The position numbers and the translations under genes are program-made. Positions 45,333 to 55,993 of a DNA stretch of 64,000 nt are shown in pieces. The stretch lies in NCBI GenBank assembly GCA_963825055.1, contig CAWGSK010000034.1, forward strand, positions 96,001 through 160,000, written 5' to 3'. The notes below the pieces were generated by a model that searched no databases, was not told the origin of the DNA, and saw nothing but the letters and a program-made list of their open reading frames with translations. Positions within the stretch are counted from its first letter, which is position 1. Each line of letters begins with the position of its first letter. Origin of the DNA: an uncultured Gemmatimonadales bacterium. Lineage in GTDB: Bacteria > Gemmatimonadota > Gemmatimonadetes > Gemmatimonadales > GWC2-71-9.

Positions 45333-46046
45333 TCAGTCGCCAGCGGTCACCAGTATCGACCTCGGCAGGGCGGGCAGGAAGACGTCGATCACCCAGGGGA
45401 CGAGCCGTCCGAAGCCCAGTTCGCGATTGACCACGGCCAGCCGGGTGTTCCACTCGCGATCGTCGGTCGGGATGCGGGTCTGGTCGTCCGTAAAGCAGAG
45501 GTTCACCAGCCACGCGTCCGTGCCGCAGTGCTCGTGCAGGAAATAGACATGGGCGAGGCGGCTGGCATATCCCCAGAGTCGTCCCTCCCACTCCGGGTTG
45601 TCGCCCACACCAAACCACTCACGCGACTCCGCGATGGCGCTGGCGGCGGCCTCCGCGGCCCGGGGGGTCATCTCCGCTGGTGGGCTGTAGATCTCGCCGG
45701 GGTGGCTCCAGCCGCACACGAGGAGGCAGGACGGGGGCCGGTTGCCCCGCTGGAGGATGCCGAGGCCGTCCCAGAGCGATTGTCCGGAGGGCCACCAGCC
45801 CGCCAGGGCTTCCTCCCGGGCGCCGAGTTCGAGGAGCGACATGAAGCCCGGTGTGGGATACTCCCGGAAGTCCTCCCGCTCGAGCGGAGCGAGCCACCGG
45901 ATGGCGGCCCGGGATGGGGAGCAGCCGAGCACGTTCAGTACCTGTCGGGTCAGGTCCGGCGTGCGGCGGTTGACGTAAATCTGTAGCTGCAGCCTGCCGC
46001 CGGCGTAGGCGCGACCATCCTGGTCAGTGCGAAACTCCGGGGGCAC
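45333..46046 (-). CDS. Hypothetical protein, possibly a degenerate PD-(D/E)XK-like fold
   Basis: AAGGAGG RBS then GTG; LQIYVN, WWP..WDGLG, YASRLAHVYFL. Confidence 0.6.
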   Translation of the reverse strand: MPPEFRTDQDGRAYAGGRLQLQIYVNRRTPDLTRQVLNVLGCSPSRAAIRWLAPLEREDFREYPTPGFMSLLELGAREEALAGWWPSGQSLWDGLGILQRGNRPPSCLLVCGWSHPGEIYSPPAEMTPRAAEAAASAIAESREWFGVGDNPEWEGRLWGYASRLAHVYFLHEHCGTDAWLVNLCFTDDQTRIPTDDREWNTRLAVVNRELGFGRLVPWVIDVFLPALPRSILVTAGD

Positions 46047-46158
46047 GGGCGCCTCCTTGGCGAGGTCCGGATTGCAGGGATCCCGGACAAACTCGCGCAG
46101 GAAACTCCCGGGGACCAGCTATCAAGCTTGATAGTGTCCTGCCGGTGCGGGGAAACGG

Positions 46159-46572
46159 TCAGCCGTTCGTCTCGATGCAGCGCTCGACTTCGGCGACCAG
46201 TCGCTCCGGTGGGAACGGCTTGGCAATGATGCCGCAGGGAGCCGCGAGACCCCGTTTTTCCAGGTCGGCTGCTCCGTAGCCGCTCATGAGGAGGACGGGG
46301 ACGTTATCACCGTCACGGGCGAGATGCTCGAGCAGTTCTATCCCGTTGAGCCGCGGCATCACGATGTCCGACACGACCACACGGAGGTCGACCCTCCGGC
46401 TCCTGAGGATCTCGAGTGCGACGGCGCCGTCTTCCGCTTCATGGACTGCGTAACCGGCCTCGCGCAGGACCCGGGCGGCAAATGCCCGTACGACGTCGTC
46501 GTCATCCACGACCAGGACCGGGAGCGGGGAAACCGAGGCGGAATCGGACGGTACGAAGCGTGGCGCGATCAT
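46159..46572 (-). CDS. Single-domain response regulator (receiver)
   Basis: VLVVDDD, SDIVMP, MSGY, AKPF. Confidence 0.9.
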   Translation of the reverse strand: MIAPRFVPSDSASVSPLPVLVVDDDDVVRAFAARVLREAGYAVHEAEDGAVALEILRSRRVDLRVVVSDIVMPRLNGIELLEHLARDGDNVPVLLMSGYGAADLEKRGLAAPCGIIAKPFPPERLVAEVERCIETNG

Positions 46573-46700
46573 GTCATGATCCGGAGGTGCGGAGTGGGTG
46601 TCGGCGCGCTGACTGCTGCCCCTCAGGGGGACCCGGGCGCCGGGGCGATCGATTGATGGACTCTGAAATCTAGCCTGCCGGAGGGCAGGTCACAGGCGGG

Positions 46701-48008
46701 TCAGGCGGGCTGGAGCAGCTCCTCGATCATCACCGCGCTCCTGGCCGCCGCGCCCAGACCGTGCTCGACCACGCCGCGCGCCTTCCGACCCTGTGCCTTG
46801 CGGCGGACCTCGTTGGACATCCATTCGTCCCACATTTTCTGGAGGCTCTCGGCGGCCTCCGTGGCCCCGAATTCAGCCAGAGCTTCCGCGGCTCCCGCTT
46901 CCATCAGCAGGTGGGCATCCCGGCTCTCGGACCATCGGGGGCCAAACACCACGGGAATGCCACAGGCGGCCGGTTCCAGGACCGAGTGCAGCCCGCGGCC
47001 GTGAAAGCCGCCGCCAACGTATGCCAGGGTCGCCACCGGATAGAGCGCGGCAAGCACTCCGACCCGGTCCACCACCACCAGCGAGCCGGGGTCGACCTCG
47101 GGCCATTCGCTGAGCAGGACGGGGCGTGGCAGGCCGTGACGCGCCGCCACCTCTGCAATCCGCGCGAGGTGGGCCGGTGTCGGTTCGTGGGGGACTAGCA
47201 GCAACCGGGCTTCGGGTCGGTGCACTTCGAGCCTGGCGAAGGCCTCAAGCAGGACGTCTTCGTCGCCCGGCCAGGTGGAGCCGGCGACGATCACGGTAGC
47301 CCCGTCGCCCAGCGCGCGGTAGGGGTTGTCTTCCTCGAGAGCCCGGATCTGGTCATTGACGCTGTCATGGCGGGGGTCGCCGGTCATGACGATCACCTCC
47401 GGGCGCACTCCCAGGCGCTCGAGCCGTCGGCCGTCCTCCGGCGAGATGGCCCCGGCCCGGGCGAGAGCTTCGTAGCCCGGGCGCGTCAGCGACCGGGCCG
47501 GCCAGTACAGCCGGCTGCTGCGGGGACGCACTGTACCTGCCACCAGCACGACGGGGATGCCCTTCATGGCCGCCTGGGTGGCCAGCTCCGGCCAGAGATC
47601 CAGCTTGGCGAAGACCAGTGCGGAGGGATGCAATGCCTCGAGCACGGCCTCCATCCGGACGGGGGTATCCCAGGGGAGGTAATCTGATACGTCCACGTCC
47701 AGTGTATGCGCAAACCCCGCGGCCGAGGCGCTGAAATGTGTGTAGGCAAACTGCCAGTCGGGGTGCCGCTGCTGGAGGCGGTGCAACACGGCCGAGGCCT
47801 GGAGACCCTCTCCTACGCTCGAGGCATGAAACCACGCCAGCGGCCGCGCAGGGTCACGAAAGCGCGCTCCCCACGACCGCAGCCGTGCCACTGCTCCGCG
47901 CCGGCCCTGCACACCGGCTTTGACCTTCGGCGAGAGGAGGCCGGCGATCGGCGCGAGACAACTGCCCGCGTGCGCCATGAGCCGATAAGGAAGGCTTGTC
48001 CGTGGCAT
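46701..48008 (-). CDS. waaA: 3-deoxy-D-manno-octulosonic acid (Kdo) transferase
   Basis: WFHASSVGE, YLPWD, AGSTWPGDE, YVGGGF..HSVLEPA. Confidence 0.9.
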   Translation of the reverse strand: MPRTSLPYRLMAHAGSCLAPIAGLLSPKVKAGVQGRRGAVARLRSWGARFRDPARPLAWFHASSVGEGLQASAVLHRLQQRHPDWQFAYTHFSASAAGFAHTLDVDVSDYLPWDTPVRMEAVLEALHPSALVFAKLDLWPELATQAAMKGIPVVLVAGTVRPRSSRLYWPARSLTRPGYEALARAGAISPEDGRRLERLGVRPEVIVMTGDPRHDSVNDQIRALEEDNPYRALGDGATVIVAGSTWPGDEDVLLEAFARLEVHRPEARLLLVPHEPTPAHLARIAEVAARHGLPRPVLLSEWPEVDPGSLVVVDRVGVLAALYPVATLAYVGGGFHGRGLHSVLEPAACGIPVVFGPRWSESRDAHLLMEAGAAEALAEFGATEAAESLQKMWDEWMSNEVRRKAQGRKARGVVEHGLGAAARSAVMIEELLQPA

Positions 48009-48120
48009 GAGGCAAATGTCTCGCGGGCCCGGGCAGAGGGCAAGCCTGTGACAGGCTCTGGCGCCCTCCCGGCCCGCCATTATTCTTCGCCGCCTGACCC
48101 CCCCACCGGGACATCCTCCC

Positions 48121-49678
48121 ATGATGGACACGATCGCGCCGGGGCACGCAGATATGCCCCGGCCGGCACTGGCCGTGCGACTGGTCCTGCTGATTGGCGG
48201 CGCCAGCCTTGGCCTGCATCTGGCCACCGCGCTCGTCACCTCATTCGGAGTTCACCGGGACACGTTCCTGTACTTTGCGATGGGCGACCACGTCCGCCTC
48301 TGGCGGATGGACTTTCCCCCGCTGATTGCAATCCTGGCCAGGATCACCGCGGCCCTCGGGGGCCGGTCGGTCGTCGGCGCCAGTGTGATGCCGGCGCTCG
48401 CCTCGACGGCTCTTATCGTCCTCGCAGCCGTCATCGCGCGGAACCTCGGCGGCAGTCGCCATGCCCAGGCGCTGGCCATGCTCGGCGTGCTGTGCAATCC
48501 TCTGTTCCTGCGGGCCGGCGCGCTCTTCCAGCCTGTCGTTCTCGACCAGCTGTGGTGGACGCTGGCGCTGCTGGGCGTCGTGCTGCTGTGCCGGGACAAC
48601 CATCCGCGATGGTGGCTGCTCATCGGGGTCGCATGCGGTCTTGGTCTGCTGACCAAGTTCAGCATCCTCATTCTGGGCGCCGCCCTGCTTGCCGGCTCGC
48701 TCCTCGCCGTCAGGGGACGGAACCTCCTCACACCCTGGCCCTGGCTCGCCGCGTTGATCGCGGCGGGTGCTCGGCGCGCCGTCGGTCGTCGGTCAGGTGC
48801 GCCTCGGCTGGCCCCTTATGGGTCAGATGCAGGACCTGCGTGAGGCGCAGCTGGCGCATGTCGGCGTGCTGTCCTTCCTCGGCGAGCAGCTGCTCTACGG
48901 CCCGGCGACGCTCCTGGCCCTGGCGGGACTCGTGGCCCTCCTGTCGGCCAGCCGTTTTCGCCGGTTCCGGATGCTCGGGTGGACCTGCCTGGTCGCGCTG
49001 GTCCTCGTGATGTTCGCCCACGGCAAGCCGTACTACATCGGCCCGATCCATCCGGCCCTGATCGCGGCAGGGGCGGTCATCCTGGAAGCGCTGCCGCACT
49101 GGTGGGGCACGGTCGCGCGGGTGGGGGCGCCCGTGCTGCTGGCTGCGTATTTCGCCATCGCGCTTCCGATCAGCCTTCCGATCCTGCCGCCGGAGGCCAC
49201 GGCGCGCTATGCCACGCGAATGGGCGGGAGTGCTGCGGTGACCACGAATCGTGGAACGGTGGGCACGCTCCCCCAGGATTTTGCCGACATGCTCTACTGG
49301 GAAGACAAGGTCGCGGCGTTAAGCAGGGCGTATCACCGGTTACCCGAGGCGACCCGGGACAGCGTTGTCATCTTCGGGGGGAACTACGGGCAGGCCGGTG
49401 CCATCGACTTCTACCGGAGGAGATACGGCCTCCCGCCCGCGGTCAGCGCGGCAGGCAGCTACTGGTTCTTCGGGCCGGGTGGGAAGCCGGGGCAGGTCCT
49501 CCTCGCCCTGGGCGTCGATCCCGAACGGCTGCGGCAGGGGTACGGCGTCGTGACCGTCGTCGAGGTACTCCACTACCCCATGGCGGTGGAGGAGGAGCAG
49601 GAGGTCTTCATTACCCTGGCCCGGCGGCCTCAGCAGACCCTGCAACAGGTCTGGCCTCGGCTCGCGGGAATTCACTGA
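48121..49678 (+). CDS. GT-C fold glycosyltransferase family 39 (ArnT/PMT-like), frameshift near 48765
   Basis: HRD..Y, DFPPL, GLLTKFS, GKPYY, FADM, NYGQAGA; removing one G from GCGGGTG joins the two ORFs. Confidence 0.8.
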
Positions 49679-49687
49679 TCGTGACGG

Positions 49688-49885
49688 CTATTCCTCCGGC
49701 ACCAGTACCCACATGATGATGTATACCAGGAGCCCAGGGAACGCCGCGGACAGGATGGAGACCACCACGTACAGCACCCGCGCCATGGTCGGATCGATGC
49801 CGAAGTAGTGCGCCAGGCCCCCGACGACGCCCGCCACCACACGGTCGTCGCGGGAGCGCCGCAGTGGCCGGGAAAGCTCTGTCAT
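49688..49885 (-). CDS. pspC: PspC domain protein
   Basis: LRRSRDDRVVAGVVGGLAHYFGIDP..YIIMWVLVP. Confidence 0.9.
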   Translation of the reverse strand: MTELSRPLRRSRDDRVVAGVVGGLAHYFGIDPTMARVLYVVVSILSAAFPGLLVYIIMWVLVPEE

Positions 49886-49919
49886 GGTCGTCCCTCCAGC
49901 AGGGGAAGTGTAGACCGGG

Positions 49920-51473
49920 CTACCAGTCGGTCGGCCGGTAGTCCTTCAGGAACTGGCCCCACACATGCGTACCGGTGTTCAGGCCGCTGATGATCGGGTC
50001 CGTGATCCGCGCCGCGCCGTCGACGATGTCCAGGGGCGGGTGGAACCGCTGTTCCACGACCTTCCGCTCGGCGTGCTCTGCCGGGTCCTCGTCGGTCACC
50101 CAGCCGGTGTCCACGCTATTCATGTGGATGCCGTCCGAATGGTAATCCTTTGCCGACGTTCGGGTCATCATGTTCAGCGCAGCTTTCGCCATGTTCGTGT
50201 GCGGGTGCCGGGTGGTCTTGAAGCTCCGGTAGAACTGGCCTTCCATCGCGGAGACGTTCACGATGTGCGCGTCCCGGCTGCCCGGCGCCATCATCAGTGG
50301 CTTGAGACGCGCGTTCAGCACGAACGGCGCGACCGCGTTGATGAGCTGGACCTCGAGGAGTTCCACCGTCGGCACTTCGGCGAGAAGGAGGCGCCAGGAG
50401 TTCCGGTCCCGGAGGTCCACCTGCTGCAGGTCCTGGTCGAGCCTCCCCTCGGGGAACAGCTCGTACCGCGCCTCCCGCTCCTCCGGCAGGAGCGCCACCT
50501 GCGACAGCAGGGCGGCGTGCGTGAGCCCCACCATCACTGCGCCGCGCTCGGGCTTTGACGGCATCCCCGGGTCCTGAAGCAGTCGTTCGCCCCGCACGCC
50601 CTCGTAGCGGCCCACCAGGCGCCGCACTTCCGCCGGCGTCGCGGACAGCGCAGCCGATTCGGCTTCCATCATGTGGCGATAGAAATCCGGTGGCCGGCGG
50701 ACCGTCTGGCAGGCGTTATTGATGATGAGGTCCAGCCGGGAACGGGTGGACAGCATCTCGGCGCAGAAAGCCTCCACGCTGGGCGTGTGGCGGAGGTCGA
50801 GCCCGAAGATCTCCAGGCGGTCTTCCCACTCGTGGAAGTCCGGCTCGGCAGCGTAGCGGATCGCCGCGTCCCGGGGGAACCGGGTGGTCACGATCAGCGC
50901 GGCGCCTGAGCGCAGGAGCTTGAGGCCAGCCTGATAACCGATCTTGACCCGGCCCCCGGTCAGGAGGGCCATACGCCCGCTCAGGTCGGCCAGCTCGGTC
51001 CGCTTGTCCCAGTTCAATGCCGCGCATGCCGGACAGAGCTGGTCGTAGAAGTGGTGCAGCGTCTCGTACGGCTGCTTGCACACGTAGCAGTGGCGTTCCA
51101 CCGGCGGAGGGGCGTCTTCCGGAGTGTGGGCGTCGTGCGGCTCGAAGTCACGGGGAGGAAAGACGTTCGGCGTGGTGAAAACGGTCTGGCGCCTGGTGGT
51201 CCGGATCCCGGTCCGGGCCAGCGTGCGTTCCTCTTTCCGCGTCTTCTCCGCTTTGCGCTGGCGCTTCGTGGCTTTCACGAGGGCCCGCCGGGCCCTCACG
51301 TCGGGAGTGTACACCTCTGCGCATGCCTTCAGCAGCCGGCCGCGATCCTCTTCCGGAATCCCGGCCAGAAGGGTGCGGTCTTCCACGATTGCCTCGAGCA
51401 GGGCAATGGCCGCCTGGACGCGGGCCGGGTCTGTTATCCCGCCGGGAGCGGTGGCGGTGCGAATGTAAGTCAT
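49920..51473 (-). CDS. SDR family oxidoreductase with N-terminal Cys/His zinc-ribbon-like segment
   Basis: [38 protein letters not shown]. Confidence 0.85.
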   Translation of the reverse strand: MTYIRTATAPGGITDPARVQAAIALLEAIVEDRTLLAGIPEEDRGRLLKACAEVYTPDVRARRALVKATKRQRKAEKTRKEERTLARTGIRTTRRQTVFTTPNVFPPRDFEPHDAHTPEDAPPPVERHCYVCKQPYETLHHFYDQLCPACAALNWDKRTELADLSGRMALLTGGRVKIGYQAGLKLLRSGAALIVTTRFPRDAAIRYAAEPDFHEWEDRLEIFGLDLRHTPSVEAFCAEMLSTRSRLDLIINNACQTVRRPPDFYRHMMEAESAALSATPAEVRRLVGRYEGVRGERLLQDPGMPSKPERGAVMVGLTHAALLSQVALLPEEREARYELFPEGRLDQDLQQVDLRDRNSWRLLLAEVPTVELLEVQLINAVAPFVLNARLKPLMMAPGSRDAHIVNVSAMEGQFYRSFKTTRHPHTNMAKAALNMMTRTSAKDYHSDGIHMNSVDTGWVTDEDPAEHAERKVVEQRFHPPLDIVDGAARITDPIISGLNTGTHVWGQFLKDYRPTDW

Positions 51474-51550
51474 GGGAGAGAGACTAACGGAGCAGGGCGG
51501 GGAACACCACGACCGGCGGGGCGGGCCGGCCGGCCATGGTATGTTGCAGC

Positions 51551-52919
51551 ATGCCCTTACCGCTGCCCCCCATCGCGACCCTGTGCGTCGCACTCCTCGG
51601 GGTCACCGCTCCCCTCGTCGCCCAGCACGGCGACACCGTGCGGCTCGTGCCGGCAGCCTTCCGCCTGCGTTCGGGCGACGTCCCCGTGGACGAGGGTACG
51701 CTCTACGTTCCGGCCAACCGGTCTCGAGCCTCGTCCGGCACGCTGTCTCTCCGGTTCGTGAGGTTTCGATCGACAGGCGCGGCTCCGGCTCCGGCCATCG
51801 TCTTCCTCGCGGGCGGGCCGGGAGACGCCGGCATCCGGGCCTTTCACGGCATACCTGCCGAGTTTCTCGATACGCTGCGCACGCATGGCGACGTGATCGC
51901 CCTGGACCAGCGGGGCACGGGACTCTCCGAACCGCTGGGCCTCCACTGTACCGTGAATGCCTGGTTACCCCTGGACCTTCCCGGTAGTGACTCCCTCTAT
52001 GCACCCATCTTCAGGGAGCGGGTGGCGGGATGCCTGGAGGACGTTCGCGCGCGGGGAGTGGATGTGGCGGGCCTCACCACCCGGGAGAGCGCCGACGACC
52101 TGGCCCTGCTGGACCAGGTACTGGGGTCTCCCGGCCTGGTTCTGTTCGGGGGGAGCTACGGGACCCACCTTGCAATCACCACGGCACGCCGGCATCCCGA
52201 GATTGTCCGGGGTCTCATCCTGGCTGGCGTCGAGGGCCCCGACCAGACGTTCAAGTTGCCCCTGTCCGCCGACAGGGCCCTGGCCCGCTACGATTCAGCC
52301 CACGCCGAAGCCGGGCTGCGGGCCGGGGCCCGGGCGGTGCTCGACACGCTTGCCCTCCGACCGGTGCCGGTGGCGGTGAACGGGGACACCGTGACCGTCG
52401 GTCCGTGGGACCTCCGCCGGATGGTGGCGGATGCCGTGGGCAGCGCCAGGGCGCTCGATACCCTCGCGGAAAGCCTCGCACGCATGCTGCGGGGCGAGTA
52501 TACCGATCTGGCGCGACACGCGTTCCGGTTCCGCCGCAATCCGCGGACCGACCTGCTCAACATTGCCATGGACTGTGCCTCGGGGGCGTCGCCGGGACGG
52601 CTGGAGGCCATCCGGGAGCAGGCCGAAGTCCATCGTCGGGAGTACGATCGACTTTCCGAAGCCCCCCGTCTGCACCGTCGCCGGACTTCCCCGCCTCGAC
52701 AGTACCTTCCGCCAGCCGCTGAAATCAGAGGTCCCCGCCCTGCTGATCAGCGGGAGGCTCGACGGGCGGACGCCGCCGGAGAACGCGATGGAACTGGCGG
52801 CGGGATTGCCGCACGCCCGACTGCTGGTAATTAACGACGCCGCTCATGCTCTCCTCGGCCGGCCCGCCGTCATGAGTGCCGTCGTCGCCTTCCTGCGTGA
52901 GACCCGCCGCCCACCCTGA
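51551..52919 (+). CDS. Secreted alpha/beta hydrolase (TAP-like peptidase), frameshift near 52625
   Basis: GGPG, DQRGTG, GSYG nucleophile; GRLDGRTP and AAH in the second frame. Confidence 0.8.
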
Positions 52920-52933
52920 GTGGTTCAGGACGC

Positions 52934-53374
52934 TCAGGTCGGCCTGAGCACCATGGACGCGACCGCCGACAGAAGCAGCAGGAGGTTGAGCAAGCCGAGC
53001 AGGCCCAGGCGGCGCTGATTCGCCGCAATGGTGCCGTCGTCCGCCTGCCGTGTGACGGCGTCGCCAAGGGCCGCCGACTCCCGGCGGAGGAAGGTCGCGC
53101 CGAAGCCCATTGAGAGGACGAACACCGACAGCCCCCATATCACCCAGAGCGGCATGCCGAGATGTCCCACCAGAATGGCCGCGACGCCGGCAAGAAGCGC
53201 CACGCCGGCGGATGGACCGACGATGCGTGAACCGATAAAATCGCTCTGGCGGACGAGGGCCGGGATCGGCGACCGATCCGTCGAACCCGCGAGGCGGAGG
53301 TTGAGGATGGCGAGGACCCCGACGGAACCCACCCAGAGAGTGATCGCGGTAACGTGCAGGAACTTGAGCGCCAT
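52934..53374 (-). CDS. DUF2269-like four-TM membrane protein
   Basis: LKFLHV..WVG N-terminus, MVLRP C-terminus. Confidence 0.75.
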   Translation of the reverse strand: MALKFLHVTAITLWVGSVGVLAILNLRLAGSTDRSPIPALVRQSDFIGSRIVGPSAGVALLAGVAAILVGHLGMPLWVIWGLSVFVLSMGFGATFLRRESAALGDAVTRQADDGTIAANQRRLGLLGLLNLLLLLSAVASMVLRPT

Positions 53375-53419
53375 AGAGTGACGGCATCGTCATTCCCCAT
53401 TGAATCTGTGCAGATACTG

Positions 53420-53476
53420 GTATGACTTAAAATATAATTGTACTTAAATAATACTAGTCATTGAAATACTTTCAGG
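53420..53476. promoter_or_regulatory. AT-rich divergent promoter/operator region (probable MarR site)
   Basis: Palindrome TGAAA-TAC-TTTCA, ACTTAAA x2, ATGACT/AGTCAT inverted pair. Confidence 0.5.
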
Positions 53477-53494
53477 TGAGGGTAGCTTCAGGGT

Positions 53495-53929
53495 ATGGAC
53501 GACGACCCGTACATCGAGAGCACTCCCGCCGAAGCCTGGCGCCGGATGTTCGACTACCTCATGGCGACCAGCCCCCTGCGGGAAGCCGCCCTCAAGCGGC
53601 AGGGCCTCACACCCAATGATGCCCGCGCCCTGCATTCGCTCGAGGAAGATGCGGGCAGGCCGATGGGGGTCCTCGCGGCGGAGTGGGGGACAGACGCCTC
53701 CAACGCGACCTGGGTGGTGGATCGGCTGGAGGGCAGGGGGCTGGCGGAGCGACGGGCCGATCCGTCCGACCGCCGCGTCAAGCTGGTCGTCCTCACCCCG
53801 GAAGGAGCCAGAGCCCGCAAGGACCTCCTGGAGGAATTTCACCGGGTTCCCGAGGAGATCGCCGCTCTGAACCAGCGAGACCTGAAGGACCTGCTGCGCA
53901 TTCTTCGCCGAATTTCCCCCACGGCTTGA
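53495..53929 (+). CDS. MarR family transcriptional regulator
   Basis: VVDRLE..GL.ER..DPSDRRVK.V.LT..G. Confidence 0.9.
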   Translation: MDDDPYIESTPAEAWRRMFDYLMATSPLREAALKRQGLTPNDARALHSLEEDAGRPMGVLAAEWGTDASNATWVVDRLEGRGLAERRADPSDRRVKLVVLTPEGARARKDLLEEFHRVPEEIAALNQRDLKDLLRILRRISPTA

Positions 53930-53981
53930 CAGAAACCGCTGGAGTGCTAGTATTTTAGCATATTGCTAGAATTTCAGCACT
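53926..53981 (+). promoter_or_regulatory. Promoter (TTGACA-N16-TAGTAT) with overlapping 39-bp imperfect inverted repeat
   Basis: AGTGCT-AGTATTT-TAGCA-TAT-TGCTA-GAATTTC-AGCACT. Confidence 0.55.
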
Positions 53982-53996
53982 AACGCGGAGCGCATC

Positions 53997-55575
53997 ATGT
54001 TCATCCCGGCACTTTCTACCCTTCTCCTGGCGGTGGCGGCAGGGGCGACGTTCTTCGGCGACCCGGCCATGACCCCCGACTTCCACCCGGCATGGTCCGC
54101 CGAGCCTGCCGAGGCGACTGCAGGCCCGATGGAAGATGAGGCCGAGCTCGCCCGTCAGGTGCTGACTGCCGCCCGGGGCACCTCCCCCCTCCTCTGCGCA
54201 ATGGCGGCGCGGATTACGGAATCCCGCTGGGGCTGGGGTGGGTGGACCGCACCTGGAGGCGCCGATTCCATCCCGGCCCTGCAATGGGTCTTCGAGGACG
54301 GCCCCGGTCGCGATGCCGTCCCGGTGCTGGTGAACGGCCTGTCGGACGGGGACCCCTGTGCCCGCCAGATGGCGGCCAGGTTGCTGTCCCGCTCGAGGAC
54401 CGTCGAGGCGGAGGCCGGGTTGCTCAAGGCCCTGGACGCGGCTGTCGCGTCCACGCGGGCCGCCGCTGCCGTGGGGCTCGGGCTCGCGGAGGTTCCTCGC
54501 GCGGTCTCCCCGCTTATCAGCCGGCTCAAGGACGGAGACCCCGGCGTTCGCGCCTCCGCGGCCTGGGCCCTGGGCTCGCTCGACTCACTCCGCGCTGCTG
54601 GCGCGCTTCAGAGCACGTTGCGCGATGATACCCCTGCCGTGCGCGCCGCGGCGTCACGGGCGCTCGGCCGTCTGGAGGATACGACGGCGGTGAAAGCGCT
54701 CGGCGCCCTGCTGCGCTCGGATCCTGACGAGGCGGTACGGGTTGCGGCCGCCGAGGCGCTGGGGAGGATTGAATCGGCGGCGGCGGTGGATGCGCTCCGG
54801 GCTGGCCTGGATGACCGGAGCCCGCGTGTGCGCCGCGCCTCGGCCTGGGCCCTGGGAAACCTGGAGGTCGCCGCCGCGGTCCCGGGGCTGACGAAGGCGA
54901 CCAGGGATGCGGATGAGGGCGTGCGTGAAATGGCGGCGTGGGGGCTGGGGCAGATCGAGGACCGGTCTGCGGTACCGCCACTGGTTGCGGTGCTCGAGGG
55001 CGACGCCTCGGCCGATGTGCGACAGCGCGCGGCCTGGGCCCTGGGCCAGATCGAGGATCAGGGCGCGACCTCGGCGCTCGGCCGCGCGCTGCAGCGGGAT
55101 GATGACGTGGAAACCAGGAAGACCTCGGCCTGGGCCCTGGGGCAGATCGAGGACCGGGCATCGGTAGGCCCGCTCAAGGCCGGGCTCAGGGACGACGACG
55201 CCGGGGTGCGGTCCACGGCCGCCTGGGCGCTGGGCCAGATCGAGAGCCGCGGTGCGACCGAGGCGCTGGGGGCTGCGCTCTCGGATGCCGTGCCCGAGGT
55301 CCGGCAATCTGCCGCCTGGGCGCTGGGGCAGATCGAGGATCCCGCTGCCATGCCCGGCTGCGGGCCGCGATGAAGGACAGGGACGCCAGGGTCAGGAAGG
55401 ATGTCGTGTGGGCGCTCTCGCAGATGAGGACGAGGTCGCGCGTGAACTGCTGGTGGAGGAGTTGAACGACTCGGATCCCGAGGTCCGGCGCGCGGCCGCC
55501 CGCGCCATCGGCGGGCAGTCGGGGGGACCGCGTCCCCGCCCGCGCCCGAAGCCGATGCCGCGACCGTTTCCGTAG
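53997..55575 (+). CDS. Secreted HEAT-repeat (PBS-lyase-like) protein, two apparent indels near 55355 and 55425
   Basis: About 12 VR..AAWALGQIED repeats; the repeat pattern continues in other frames to the stop at 55575. Confidence 0.8.
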
Positions 55576-55634
55576 GAAGGGCGAAGGTCGAAGGGCGAAG
55601 GTCGAAGGTCGAAGGGCGAAGGTCGAAGGTCGAA
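55576..55634. repeat. Heptamer array GAAGG(G/T)C x8
   Basis: Read directly; begins immediately after the stop codon. Confidence 0.95.
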
Positions 55635-55651
55635 TTTTGTCGACCGCCACC

Positions 55652-55993
55652 CTACTCCGGCGACTGCTGGTGGAAGATGAGCTTCCACCGGCCTTCGCGC
55701 CTTGCATAGAGACTGCTGACCAGGGCGGTGTAGCGTTCCCCCTCGCGCTCCGCGGTTCCCCGGTAGGCGAGGATTGCGACGTCGCAAGCCGGATGCGCCA
55801 GCTGGAGATCGTCGATGGTGACTTGTTCCCATCTGCTCCCGCCGGCGATGCCCTCGATGATCTGCTCGCGGTTCAGAATGCCCATCCCCGGAAACACCAT
55901 CAGACAGTCCTCGGCGAGATGCGACCGATAGAAAGCTGCGTCCTCGGTCCAGAACTGTGCCTCCAGGCGTTGCAGCAGATCAGCGTCGGCCAT
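55652..55993 (-). CDS. NTF2-like / DUF4440 protein
   Basis: SSLYARREGRWKLIFHQQS. Confidence 0.8.
   Translation of the reverse strand: MADADLLQRLEAQFWTEDAAFYRSHLAEDCLMVFPGMGILNREQIIEGIAGGSRWEQVTIDDLQLAHPACDVAILAYRGTAEREGERYTALVSSLYARREGRWKLIFHQQSPE

Noticed and set aside
53941..53984. CIRCE (HrcA) element
   Set aside because: GAGTGCTA and AGCACT half-sites are in the wrong order and spacing for TTAGCACTC-N9-GAGTGCTAA.
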